Source: Okamejei kenojei
Taxonomy: Eukaryota
Assembly: GCA_035221665.1 (NCBI GenBank)
Contig: CM069132.1
Span: 118,854,001 to 118,918,000, forward strand
Direction of reading: 5' to 3'
Length of the DNA: 64,000 nucleotides
The notes under the pieces: model-generated
What the model saw: the letters and a program-made list of their open reading frames with translations, nothing else
Database searches by the model: none
What the model was told of the DNA's origin: nothing
Shown: one piece after another, positions 14,225 through 27,374 of the stretch
How the letters are laid out: every line of letters starts with the position of its first letter
Position numbering within the stretch: position 1 is the stretch's first letter
Made by a program: the position numbers and the translations under genes

Positions 14225-14350
14225 AGTCTGTAGAAGGATCTCGACCCAAAACGTCAACCATTCCTTCTCTCCAGAGATGCTGCCTGTCCCGCTGAGTTAC
14301 TCCAGCATTTTGTGTCTATCTTCGATTTAAACCAGCATCTGCAGTTCTTG
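14225..14350 (+). mobile_element. Short Penelope-derived element
   Basis: agtctgtagaaggatctcgacccaaaacgtc...gatgctgcctgtcccgctgagttactccagc...accagcatctgcagttc. Confidence 0.8.
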
Positions 14351-14679
14351 CCAAAAATATGTATCTTTCAAACTCGCACAATGGGAAAATTATAACCACA
14401 ATTCCTTTTCCTTATTACAGACCAGATTGATTTTTTTCAGAATGTGCTTTTGCTGCTTGTTAAATTAAGAATAAGATTCAGCCTGGTTGTGATGTTGTCT
14501 TGTTTCAGGGTCAGATTTTCTGCCGCGAGTCATTGTTTAAACACAAGCCCCTCTTTTTTGGCCGTGTGAAAGCCTTATGCAAAACATTGAAAAAGTACAT
14601 GAAGTGAGAACATTGTAATTGGTAGTAATCCTCCAATCCCCTGTCGGATAGAAGATACAAAAGCCTGAAAGCATACAAC

Positions 14680-15815
14680 AGAGTCATTTAGCATGAAAAC
14701 AGGCTTTTAAGCCTAACTTGTACATGTCGACCAAGATACTCATCATAATGGCTAGTCCATTTACCCGCATTTGACTTTTCCTATCCATGTACCTGTCCAA
14801 ATGTCTTTTAAATGTTGTCATTGTACCTGCCTCATCGATAATCTCTGGCAGCTTATTCCATATACCCACCACCTTCTGTGTGAAATAGTTTCCAATCTTT
14901 TCTCTCTCACCTTAAACCTATGCCTTCTAGTTCTTGATTCCCCAAACCTGGGGAAAAGACTGTGCATTCACCTTATATTTTCTGTACATTATTTTATACG
15001 CCTCTAGTAGATTACACCTCTGCCGCTTGCACTCAAAAGAATAAAGTCCTGTACAACCTCTCCCTAGCGCCTAGGTCCTGGAGTCCTGGCAAAAACCTTG
15101 TGAATATTCTCTGCAGCCTTTCCGGATTGATTACATCTTTCCCACAGCAGGGTGACAAAAAACTGAATATAGTTTTCCAAGTATGGCCTCCACAACGATG
15201 TACATAACATCCCAAATTCTATACTAACTTTCCTGACTGATGAAGGCCAGCATGCCAAAAGCCTTTTTCACCACCCCATTTGCCTATGATGCCACTTCCA
15301 AGGAACAATATTCTTGTACTCCTAGATCCCTCTGCTCTACAATACCTCCCAGGGACCTAACATTCACTGAGAAGCTGGAGTAACTCAGCGGGACAGGTAG
15401 CATCTCTGGAGAGAAGGAATGGGTGATGTTTCGAGTTGAGACCGTTCTTCAGGTCACTGCGAACGTCCTGCTTTGGTTTGACTTCCCAAAATGTAATGCC
15501 TCAGACTTAAACCCCATGTGCCATTCTTTGGCTTACTTGCCCAGCTGATTATGGTCCTGCTGTATTCTTGATAACCATATTTCACTTTCTAGGATACACT
15601 GCAAACTTGCTAATCATACATTGTGCATTCTTATCTAAATCATTGATGCAGATAACAAACAACAATGGGCCCAGCATCAAATCATGAAAACATCACTAGT
15701 CACAACCCTCTAGTCCGAAAAACAAACTTTCACCTTCACTCTCTGCTTCCTACCATGAAAGCAAATTTTGTATCCAGTTAGCCAGCTCGTCCTGGGTCCC
15801 ATGCCATCCAATGCA
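14680..15815 (-). mobile_element. CR1 LINE 3' fragment interrupted by a short Penelope-derived insert (15370-15453)
   Basis: Peptides RPYLENYIQF, LERLQRIFTRFLPGL-like and GIWNKLPE; insert flanked by tcactg (15364-15369 / 15454-15459). Confidence 0.85.
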
Positions 15816-18800
15816 CCTTCAGATTCAAGAATAGCTGCTTCTTCATAATCGCAAATGGATATTTCACACCTTCCAATCTACCTCATAGTGATCATTACAC
15901 TTTTAAAACTGCACTTTCTTTATAGCTGGATCAATATATTCTGCACCGTTTATTTTCTCTTTTGCACTTCTTGATGTACTCATGCATGTATGGTATGATG
16001 TTCTCGCACACTAAAACAAAGTGTTTTCACTGTTCATGAAGCAAATAATAAACCATTACCAATGCCTCTTTCCGTCCTTAGTCACTTTTGTACCAAATGT
16101 ATCTGTACTATGGAACAATGTTATCATCCCAGTCTTAGATTTTCATGTTTCAACAGCAAGTATATCTTTCCAAAATATATTCCCAACAAAAAATACTTTC
16201 TTGTCAAGAAAGGCTAACCCTTCACTATTTTGAGCTCCAATTTGACATAATTAGCTTTCAAATGCAATTTCAGCTCCTAATGTTTGCATTTGATTTTGTG
16301 CTATAATCTACTTTTATTTCTCTTGGTAGTTAGCTGGCTGAAAAACATGTACTTTGTCGCAGTAATAGTCTGCACAAATGTGTCCGCTTAATAAATTGTT
16401 ATGCTGTCTTCGCATTTGCACGTTTACAATAGATTTAAGCTCTGAATTCCTATAGAATTCGGCCTTCAATAATTTCCACTCTTCTGCCATTATAGCATCA
16501 CAAAATTACTCTGAATTCTTATTGAAAACATTGTCCATTCATTCAGCTTCTATGGAAACTATTTGTGTTTTAAAGAGAACATTTGGCAAAATAGCTCTAT
16601 CGATCCATTAGAATTGATTGCCCAGGAATATAATGTTTATGGTACTAGACTAAGAGCCCTAGGGTGTTACGTTCATTTCCACCAATGAATGCCAAGAATA
16701 TTAAACTGATGGTTTTGTAAATCAATATTAAATAGAAAAATAACAATGAAAATCATTGTACCTTTGTGAAAACGGAACGTTTACTAATATCCTTTCCTCA
16801 TTGGCCTTTATTTCTAAGATCACATTAATCTATTGAAGCCCTTTGAATAGGCATAGGGCATCTTAGCTATTAAAAAAAATCTCTGGATAACACAATGAAC
16901 AATAAATGTTACTTTCATTCTATACCTGTGACATTTTTACAGAAAACTCTCCATAATAAATTTCTTTACTAAGTTTATTAATAAGTATTTTAGTGGTGGA
17001 CATAACAGTTGCTGGGTACACAAAACATCCCACCAACTGGAACAAATCTGACATTTGCTTTGTTAATTGGTGGACAATTAATGATACTGTTCTTTGAATA
17101 CTGCTTTGGGATTAGTCTATTGAATTTTCATCTATTCTAATTAAGTGGCTTGTTTCCTTTTGAAATGTAGCTCCGGGAGCTGTGGGAAGTTACTTTGACT
17201 TGCAGCTGTAAGATTATATAACTCTCAACTGCTTTATATTGTACTGAAAATAACTTTGGTGCATTAAAGATCTTTAATTAAAGATCGACTGCTTTATATT
17301 GTACTGAAAATAACTTTGCTGCATTTATGATCAGCCATGATCATATTGAATGGCGGTGCAGGCTCGAAGGGCCGAATGGCTGCTCCTGCACCTAATTTCT
17401 ATGTTTCTAAACATGGCCTACCATTTGCTAAGTTCACACTAAGGTATGTGTCTCTGCACTGCACCCAACTCCTCCAAAGGTCAATTTCAGTGTTAAGCCC
17501 ATTTAGGTTACAGATGGCTGCAAGGAGACCAGATTGGGGAGAAAATTTTAATTGACACTAATATCTGCTAGTTTCAGGGCTCTCTGTCTGCTGTCTATAG
17601 CATCTGCTGCCTCACTGCCACGTTCTGCTCTATTAGAATCAATGGAGTTCATTGGTACCGAAGTCTGTGGTGGCTGAGGCCATGGATATTTTTAAGGCAG
17701 AGATTGATACATTGTTGATGAGCATGGATGTCAGGGGTTATGGAGAGAACGCAGGAGAATGGGGTTGTGGAGGAAAGATAGATCAGCCATGATTGAATGG
17801 CAGATAAACTTGATGGGCCAAATGGCCTTATTCTCCTCCTATCGCTTATGAACTTATGAACCCAGTTTACATTTGGAGATCCTAGGATATCTCCAAGGAC
17901 CCTTCTCCCAAGACTACGTGGTGACACAATCTGGCCATAGTGGACAGAGTATTCCATAAATGATCAACATGGGAAATGATACAAAAATTTGATGCCAATC
18001 TTGCAAATACAGCTTTATATTTCACCCCTATTTCTGCCAGGAGCATCTGACACTGGATTCACAGAGTCGTACAGCATGGAAACAGGCCCTTCGACTCGAT
18101 CTGCCCACGCTGACCAACATGCCCCATCTATATGAGTCCCACCGGCCTGCATTTGGCCCATATCCCTCTAAACCAATCCTAGCCATGTACCTATATAAAT
18201 GATTCTTAAACCTTACGATAGTACCTGCTATTGGAAAAGTGTGTCCGCAGTCTGTTACCTGAAGAATCCGCTGTCTAAGTTTCCTGGAAAAAATGCATTT
18301 TGGACCTAAAACACAGAAAGATTCATTTCATTGGCTTCTCTTTCCCTGCGCAATCATGTCATGAGTTGAAAAGCCAAGGTCAGTTGTTTTGTGAACTAGT
18401 GTTTCAGTTTCAGACATTTTCAGTTTTCTGACACATTCCAGAATCAATTGGCTTGTTTCCTTTTAAAATGTAGCTCTGGGAATCGTAGAATTACTTTGAC
18501 TTACAACTGTAAGATTATAGAGCTCTTAACTGCATTATGTTGTCATTTTGGTCCCTAATGACCCGTTTATAGAACTGAGGCAGGAGAGAAACAGGACTAC
18601 AAAGGGGCACATTTGCTTGAACAACAGCAGTACTTAGATATCCCCAGATGTTTACAAGTTCATGTACAGAAGGCTATAAGAAATAGACCAAGTAGTCCAA
18701 TCAGATCTTAAAATTTTCTCTGTTATTCAAAAAAGATCACAGTAAATTACAAATCCCAACACAATTTTCCTGCCTATTTACTAGGATTAATTGATTCCTT

Positions 18801-19104
18801 GAAGAAGAAATCTAATGGTTTTAGTTTTGAATGAAATCAATGACTAATCTCCATAGGCTCCTGACATGGAGAATCCATCAAATGCTGAACAAGGAAACTT
18901 CTCCTCATTTTGGTTTTAAATGACCAACCCCTTATTGTGAATCCATGACATCTGGCTCTTGACTCCTCAACCTTGTGGAAGCATCAACACCTGTATCTAG
19001 ATTTAGGTTTATTATTGTCAAATGTGCTGAGGTACTGTTAAAAGCTTTGTTTGGCATGCTGTCCAAACAGATTAAATAATACAATACATAAATATAATCA
19101 ATTG

Positions 19105-19490
19105 GAGAGGATTCATCAGGATAGGTTTTATTTCCATTTGGAAGAATAGGTTAATTAGGGACAGTCTGTATGCAGCAGTAGGCCATGACTTACTAACTTG
19201 ATTGAGGTTAATAAGGAGGTGATGAAGGTAAATGATGAGGGTAGGGTGGTAGACATTGTCTACATGGATCTTAGTAAAGCAATTGATAAAGTCCCCCATG
19301 GTAGGCTGATCCAGAAGATTAATATGAACGTGACTAAAGTGACTTGGTCGTATAGATTCAGGGCATATAGAAGACAGAGGGTTCTGGTGGAAGGACAATG
19401 TTCAGGCTTGGAGGACTGATCAGTAGAGTTCCGCAGGGATCTGTGCTGGGCCTATGCTGTTTGTGATATATATAAATGACTTTGTGGATA
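19105..19490 (+). mobile_element. CR1 RT fragment
   Basis: ORF 19198-19419 has VDIVYMDLSKAIDKVPHGRL (CR1 RT); gttccgcagggatctgtgctggg encodes VPQGSVLG. Confidence 0.85.
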
Positions 19491-19574
19491 TGCAGGGAAT
19501 GGATATGTATAGATTATGTGGAGCTGGATAAGAGTTGATCTTAGCATCATGTTCAGCACATGATCTATGTTCTA

Positions 19575-20030
19575 GTCAAACTCAAGTACAATAGGTAGAG
19601 CAACGAGGAAGACACAGTGCAGAATATATTTCTCCGCATTGTAGTACATCAGTTCTGTAGACAAAGTCCAATGTCTTAATGGGGTAGAGGTGAATCGGAC
19701 AGTGAATGGGGCCGTTCAAAAGCCCGTTAACAACGGAAAAAGCTGTTCCTGAGTGTGGTGGTGTGTGCTTTAAAGCATCTGTAGCTTCTGCTCAATTGAA
19801 GCGGGAAGAAGAAACAATGACCAAAGTTGGACAAGTGTTTGATTATGTTAGCTGCTTGTCTGAAGCAGTGTTTAGATGGAGTCAATGGTGGAAAGTCTGT
19901 TCTATGTGATGGACTGTGCTGCATCCACAATTCTCTGCCATTTTGGGCAGTCTTGGGCAGAGCTGTTACCAAACCAAGCTGTGATGCAGCCTGACAGTAT
20001 GCTTTCTATGGTGCATCTGTAGAAGTTTGC
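19575..20030 (-). mobile_element. Rex1/L2-type LINE 3' region, resuming at 21527-21590 after the TIR insertion
   Basis: ORF 19727-19972 has FRQAANIIKHLSNFGH..SRSYRCFKAHTTTLRNSFF. Confidence 0.75.
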
Positions 20031-20260
20031 AAGTCAAGTCAAGTCAAGTTTATTTGTCACATACGCATACAAGATGTGCAGTGAAATCAAAAAGTGGCAA
20101 TGCTTGTGGAATGGAACAGACTCAGAATTACATATTTGTGGAAGAAAAAAAGAAGAAACAGCAATTTAAAAAGACACCACACAACACTAAATTGGTAGAG
20201 TAAGTTAGTCCATAGTGAGATAGGAGTTTACAGTCCTAATGGGTTCTGGGAAGGGACATG

Positions 20261-21526
20261 CAGAGCTGACAAGTAGTACGGATTTTCCATATTTTGTACA
20301 GAAATGCGATCAGAATACGGATGTACGGATTTGCTTTGTAAAATACGGATTTTTAAAAAATCACGTCAACGGAATCACATAGACAAGCATGGGGAAATGA
20401 ATTAGTTCAACCCATAACGAAAGATATTTGGGATGAAAGTCTACAACATATACATCAATGTTCGTTAAACGCCAGACATTCTTTAATAAAATTTAAAGTA
20501 CTACATAGATTGCATTATTCTAAAACAAAATTAAATATAATCTTTCCTAATATCTCTCCTACCTGTGATAAATGTCAATACTCTGTGGCTAATTTAACCC
20601 ATACCTTTGTAAATTGCATAAAAATTAAAAATTTCTGGATGGATATTTTTAAAATTATTTCCGTAGTGGTTAATACTCAACTGGAGTCCGATCCTAAATT
20701 AATAATATTGGGCATATCAGAACAATACCTAAAACTTACAATAAACCAAAAAAAAATTCTTGATTACAGTATAATAACTGGGAAAAAATTAATATTAAAA
20801 TTTTGGAAAAACCCAGCAACCCCCACAATCAAAATGTGGATTATGGAGATGTTGGAGACCTTAAATCTGGAAAAAAATTAGATTTGTCTTAATTGACAAA
20901 CCAGAATTATTCACTAGAATATAGTCTCCATTTATAGATTATTTGAAGGGGTAGAATGGGCCGGCGCGGAAGCCTGACTGAAGCTTGAACCCAGGACTAG
21001 ATGAATAGTTATGTTCTCTGACCTACGGACCTATGTCCTAAGTTGTATTATTGTCAGTTTATTCTATTTTTCTAATTTTCTTTTTTTTTCTCTTTTTATT
21101 TTTTCTATCTATAAATATAAAAAAATAATAATTAGAGTCAATGTTAAAATGTAACTGATAAATACGGATGTACGGATTTGCTTGTAAAATACGGATTTTT
21201 AAAAAATCAGCTCAACTTCCTGTTTCATCTTGCTGCTTACAAAAATGCAAGAATATAAAAAGTCATACGATACCTCTAAAAATTATAGCATTAAATCTAT
21301 ACAAAGAGATGGCAATGGATGCACTGTCAAGTAAGGTGCATAGAAGACATGTCAATTGGTAGCAAAGTTATGCATTCTTGTTCTCTTACACGGGTATGTC
21401 CGCACATATAAAAAATAACATTTTTTTCAGCAAAATGGTTCCACATAAAAATACTGATTTCCTCAGCAAAATACTGATTTTCAGGTACTAGAATACTGAA
21501 ATGCTCTGACAAACGTGGCAGCTCTG
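20261..21526. mobile_element. Non-autonomous TIR DNA transposon (hAT-like MITE) with 6-bp TSD
   Basis: TIRs cagagctgacaagt (20261) and acgtggcagctctg (ends 21526) match at 12/14; gacatg is duplicated at 20255-20260 and 21527-21532; subterminal tacggat/tactgat repeats near both ends. Confidence 0.75.
20365..21160 (+). mobile_element. L1/Tx1-clade LINE 3' fragment nested in the TIR element
   Basis: ORF 20510-20881 has TCDKCQYSVANLTHTFVNC (CCHC knuckle of the L1/Tx1 ORF2 C-terminus) and KKLILKFWK. Confidence 0.85.
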
Positions 21527-22894
21527 GACATGCAAATTTCTTCAGTCTCCTAAGGAAGTAGAGGCTTTGGTGTACCTTCTTACCTGTTGCTTCAATCTAC
21601 CCTATCGAGCCCTGTAAAAAGTTTGAGAAACCAAGACAAGCTCAATCACTCCCCATATTCCCCAAACCTCCGGTGTTTCAGGTCTTTGCATTAATAAATA
21701 ATAAATAATGCAATATAGAATAAACTGAACAAAAAGTTGTGTAACGTGGTTTGGCCTTTGATCTAGTGATGCACTAAATCACACTGATTTATTATCTGGT
21801 CTGAGTGAAACTCGATTCATCAGTTTGAGAACAACATTACAAATGGAAACTGGAACCCAAGAGTTGAGGTTGCAGAATCAGCACGTCTTTGTTTCTCCAA
21901 TTGATTATAGCTCTGTGCTCTCTCGTGTAATAGCACAGACAAAATAAATCCAACAGCCTCTGCCCTTTTCTTACATTTTAGGTAGGTCAGTTTTTCTTCT
22001 CGTGCTGTCTGTTAAATATTCCTTCCACGTCGGCTGTTTAAAAATAATCCCACACAGGCACCTTTATTTATTCATTTACCAGCTTTGGACATCCCTGGTG
22101 AGGTTGGCATTTATTATTGTTTCTTTATTTTTACTCTCAAACTGACAGTAAGCAAACTTTTCACATGTGTACCTCATCTACATTAAAAACACAGTGGAAG
22201 TTTGATGGTTAATTAGGGTTAACTGAACAGATCAGGCAGCATCTGGGGAGGAAATGGCAGATAACATTTTGGATTGAGACCCTTCTTTATACTGATGGAG
22301 TAGGGGGAGAAAGTTGTAAAAGAGGTGGGGGTGAGGCAAAGCCTGGCAAGTGATAAGTGAATAGTGAAAAGTCATCAAATGGGAAACAGTAGGATATAGA
22401 TTAGGTGGAAATACAGGCAGAGAAATGGAAGAAGAGTTTAATTCGGACAAGTGTGAGGTGTACATTGGTAGATTAAATATAAGTGTAAAGTAAACTGTAA
22501 ATGACAGGACCTTTAGGAGCATTCATGTACAGAGGGATCTTGAGTTGCAAATTCACAGTTGCTCACCTTCATTGTCAGGGTGTTAATTACAGACGATAAT
22601 AAGTCATGTTGCAGGTGTATACAACTTTAGTTAGCCTGCATTTGGAGTATTGTGTTCTGATCTAGTCGTCGTAAATGTGTGGATGTGGAAGTTATGGAAA
22701 GGATGCAAACGGGATGTTGCCTGGATTAGATTATTAGTTATGTGGACAGGTTGGGCATTAATAGCTGTGGGTCAAACTGATAGAAATATATACAAATTAT
22801 GAGAGGCATTGATAGGATAGTCACAGAATTTTTCTAATGTGGAATTTCAAATACTAGAGGGTACAGCTTTAAGGTATGTTATGGTAGGTAAGAT

Positions 22895-23550
22895 ATGGTA
22901 TGTTAGCTTTCATAGCAAAAGGATTTGAGTATAGGAGCAGGGAGGTTCTACTTCAGTTGTACAGGGTCTTGGTGAGACCACACCTGGAGTATTGTGTACA
23001 GTTCTGGTCTCCATATCTGAGGAAGGACATTATTGCCATAGAGGGAGTGCAGAGAAGGTTCACCACGACTGATTCCTGGGATGTCAGGACTGTCTTATGA
23101 AGAAAGACTGGGTAGACTCGGTTTATACGCTCTGGAATATAGGAGATTGAGAGGGGATCTTATAGAAACTTACAAAATTCTTAAGGGGTTGGACAGGCTA
23201 GATGCAGGAAGATTGTTCCCGATGTTGGGGAAGTCCAGGACAAGGGGTCACAACTTAAGGATAAGGGGGAAATCCTTTAAGACCGAGATGAGAAATACTT
23301 TTTTCACACAGAGAGTGGTGAGTCCCTGGAACTCTCTGCCACAGAATGTAGTTGAGGCCAGTTCATTGGCTATATTTAAGAGGGAGTTAGATGTGGCCCT
23401 TGTGGTTAAGGGGATCAGAGGATATGGAGAGAAGGCAGGTACGGGATACTGAGTTGGATGAACAGCCATGATCATATTGAATGGTGGTGCAGGTTCGAAG
23501 GGCCGAATGACCTACTCCTGCACCTAATTTCTATGTTTCTATGTTTCTAA
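22895..23550 (+). mobile_element. Young 5'-truncated CR1 LINE (one frameshift)
   Basis: ORFs 22900-23100 (LVRPHLEYCVQFWSPYLRKD) and 23081-23452 (RRLRGDLIETYKI..WNSLP); (ttctatgt)n tail at ~23529-23549. Confidence 0.95.
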
Positions 23551-24769
23551 GGAGAGAAGGGACATGTTGAAAGCAGATTTATGAGGTAATTTTTTTTACA
23601 CAGAGGGATAGATGCCTGGAACATGCTGTGAGGGGAAGTGGTGGGAGTAGAAATTGTAAGAGGCATTTAGACACATATCTGAACAGGCAGGGAACAGAGG
23701 GATATGGACTACCTGTAGGTAGATGTGCACTTTAAATTATCATCATGTTTAGCACACATATTGTAGGGTTGAAGAGTCTGTTTCTGTGCTGCACTGTTCT
23801 GTGTTCTATATAAAACATTCCATGGTGCTTTCCAGGATTATAAGTAAAAGTCAGGGGCAACTCGTACAGATGAAACAAAAACGTTGATCAGAGGGATAGG
23901 CTTAACCTATGTGTTAAAGCAAGAGAGAGATCGAGAGAGAGAGATTAAGCCCTGGTATATCTAAAGGAATAATCATCACTGGTAGAAAGTCATCAATTGT
24001 GGCTTCTGCACTACATGAGGATTTAGATAGATGGAAAAGTTAGTGTGAAAAATTGAATTTTAATTTTAGGAATAAATTATGAACTAAGAGGAATTTCTGA
24101 ATTAGCAAGATTCATTAACAGTTTATTGTAAACCTAAACTATGCCATGAAAATTATATCCAAATAATCTAGAACTAGAATTTTCAATTAACTGATTTGTT
24201 ACCCATTTGATATCTATTGTGGTTTAACTGTCAATATCTAAGTGAAAAATTAATGATACATATTTATTCTTTTTTGAATACAAATTAGGATGTTATATCA
24301 TTACTCAAATGATTTTCCATTTTCATATATTAAATATAAATATCCAGAGATGCTGCCTGTCCCGCTGTTACTCAAGCATTTTGTGTCCATCTTTGGTGTA
24401 AACTAGCATCTGCAGTTCCTTCCTGTACATAATAACTTTTTTTTTAATTCACCCAAATGTTTCTTTAAAAAAGGGAAAAATAGTGGAATATAGAAGGAAG
24501 ATATTATGTCTGGTCTCCATCCAAACCTGAACTTTAATTGTGGGTTTGACAAGTGATTTATTACTGAACTGTATGACCATTTTGCATCAATCAAATGCCT
24601 AAAGCTTGGCCAAAGAGCTAAGGCATGTGCTGAACAGGAAGTCATCTTGAGTTCACATAGAGAGGAAATATCACACCAAGCAGTGAAATGTATAAAATGC
24701 CTTTCACTGGTTAAATTGCAAAGGCACTTACAAGCAGTAGTTAGACTCACTAGGATTAACGCCTTAGAA

Positions 24770-25035
24770 ATTAGAAATATAGAAAATAGGTGCAGGCATA
24801 GGCCATTCGTCCCTTCGAGCCAGCACCACCATTCAATATGATCATGGCTAATCACCCAAAATCAGAATTCCGCTTTCTCCCCGTATCCCTTGATTCCGTT
24901 AGCCCTAAGATCTATTATCTAACTCTCTCTTGAAAATATCCAGTGAATTAGCCTCCATTGCCTTCTGTGGCAGAGAATTCCACAGATTCGCAACTCTCTG
25001 GGTGAAAACGTTTTTCCTCATCTCAGTCCTAATTT
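24770..25035 (-). mobile_element. CR1 3' end
   Basis: Reverse complement of the 3' UTR at 23440-23550 (gaaaataggtgcagg...atgatcatggct). Confidence 0.85.
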
Positions 25036-25253
25036 CAGGTCCATGAGAATGTGTTGGGAGCCACATGTAACCAGTGACCAGTACTCGTGTGTGTGTTTAG
25101 GTCTGGCAACCAAAGTCTAAAATGTCCCCTTATGTGACTAGTTATGTTTATATGCTACAGGTGGATTATTAAAAACCAAAATGAAAAAAAAAAATGGTTT
25201 CCAGGAAGCGATTTAAAATAACCAAAGTTAAAAAAAATTAGTTGAGAATGATG

Positions 25254-25343
25254 GGGGGTACACAAAAAGCTGGAGAAACTCAGCGGGTGCAGCAGCATCT
25301 AAGGAGCGAAGGAGATAGGCGACGTTTCGGGTCGAGACCCTTC
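25254..25343 (-). mobile_element. 90-bp Penelope-derived insertion with 13-bp TSD
   Basis: gttgagaatgatg at 25241-25253 and 25344-25356; insert matches the pLTR at 2580-2670. Confidence 0.85.
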
Positions 25344-26098
25344 GTTGAGAATGATGTTTGTCTATTCATGTAGATCCATTTGAATCAGGAGTCAACATGA
25401 TACATTTTTGATCATGAAGGGGAGAATTGGGCACATAAGAAAAGTAAAAGAAACCAATTGAAGAGGATAACCTGAAAATATAAGAACATTTACTGATTAG
25501 CATTCAGAATAGGATATTTTGCTAACTGAGGTTGTGACCCGAGCTGATTTTTTTTCACATTTACCACATGTGCTTGGAATGTAGTTGGATTCCAAATGAG
25601 TTTAAAGGTAGTGATTACTGTTTGTCAGGACAAAATTGCCAAAAGCAGATGCTGTATGTATTAAGATGTGCGTTATGCATACATTTGATAACTGCCGCAT
25701 AGAAAGCGTATTTCCCTTTTTGCTTCAATATTCTTCAGCATCATTTCAAGAGGAAAATGTAGTTGTGGGTGAAAGGAGCTACTGTGAGAGGTATAAACAG
25801 CAGCAGATGGCTAGGTGCACTGCTGTGCTTTTCATTGGGGTCATGAAACCTGCAAAACCTGAAGCAAATGAAAAACAGGTGTTTAGGCTCCATTCAGAAA
25901 AATGGCATCTGCAAGTCATCAGTTGCAATAAAGATTCTGGTTAACTGCAATTTGCCCACTTTATTCATAATTGGTGCATCTAAAAGTGACTCCAGTTGCA
26001 GTAATTATCCTTTTAAGGCTACATAGCTAAACCAAGTTTTAATTTTCAATCAGTATGATTTTTCATTCAGCTCTGTTTAACTGATCATCTATTTTATA

Positions 26099-26230
26099 AC
26101 TGAAGAAGGGTTCCTATCCGAAACGTTACCTGTTCCTTTTCTCCAGAGTTGCTGCCTGGCCCACTGAGTTGCTCCAGCATTGTGCATCTATCTTCAGTAT
26201 AAACCAGCATCTGCAGTTTCTTCCTACATC
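26099..26230 (+). mobile_element. Short Penelope-derived element with hammerhead-like core
   Basis: ctgaagaagggttcctatccgaaacgttacc...accagcatctgcagtt. Confidence 0.8.
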
Positions 26231-27374
26231 TATTTTATGTGTTGGCTTATCACCTTTGCCCTGCTATTTAGGATGCTGTATTCTTCTACGTTCAATGATA
26301 TGACTGGAGAAAAAAAAATTGATGCCTGGTGCCCTGCAATCTTCTGGATATTTTGGATTATGTAATATTGCAGTCAATCAGATTATTTAATATTCTGTCA
26401 CTTGGAGCACCCAGCTCATCTTTCTCTGTGTTTTCCTCTCTTTCTACACTTGATGCAGTTTATCTCTGTCTTGGCCTGCCCAGTACCACTCATCTCCCTG
26501 TCAGCCATTGCTGCGGCCCCCGACTTTCAAGTATTTTCACCTCCACTTGAGCTTCTCTCTGGGCCTTCCCAGGTGCTCCAGGGGCATTTCACCTCTGCTT
26601 CAGCCACTCCCAGGGCTCCCACCCCCTTTCCAACAATTACTGTAAATTACAGCAATTAACTCAGACGATTGATGATGGCGCGTGTTGGGCATTGTCTAAG
26701 TGATCTTTAAGAAGGAACTGGACAAGGATCAGCATGGTAGGCTGGTTCCAAAGATTGCTGGGTAATTTAAGCCAACATTGGCTTGGTGAGAGGAAGCAGC
26801 GGGTCAAGAGTCAAGAATGTTTAATTGTCAGCACCAGAGTCACAATATCACAGCCTCATCCCCCACATCCAGGCAGGGGTGAGTAGGTCAGAGGACCTCA
26901 CGGACGTTTGAGACATGACCATCTTCCAGAAAGGAGACAATCTTTTGTATAAGATCATTCAGCCATAAGTGATAGGAGCAAAAATTAGGCCATTTGGCCC
27001 ATCAAGTCTGATCTATCTCACTCCTAGCCCCATTTTCCCACCTTCTCCCCATGACCCCTGACACCCGTACTAACCCGAAAACAAGAGAAAGATAAAGGCG
27101 CCATCATGGAACATAGAACAGTGCAGCACAGGAATAAGGCCTTCGGCCCACAATGTCTATGCCGATCACGATGCCATGACCAACTCTTATCAGCCAACAC
27201 ATAATCCCTATCCCTTCCTTCCCTGCTTATCCATATGCCTATCCAAAAGTCTCTGAAATGCTACTATTGTATGCCTCCACTGCTATCCCCAGCAATGCTT
27301 TCCAGGCACCCACCAACCTCTGTGTAAAAAAAAACTTGCTCCACACATCTCAATTAAACTTTGCCCCTCTTAAT

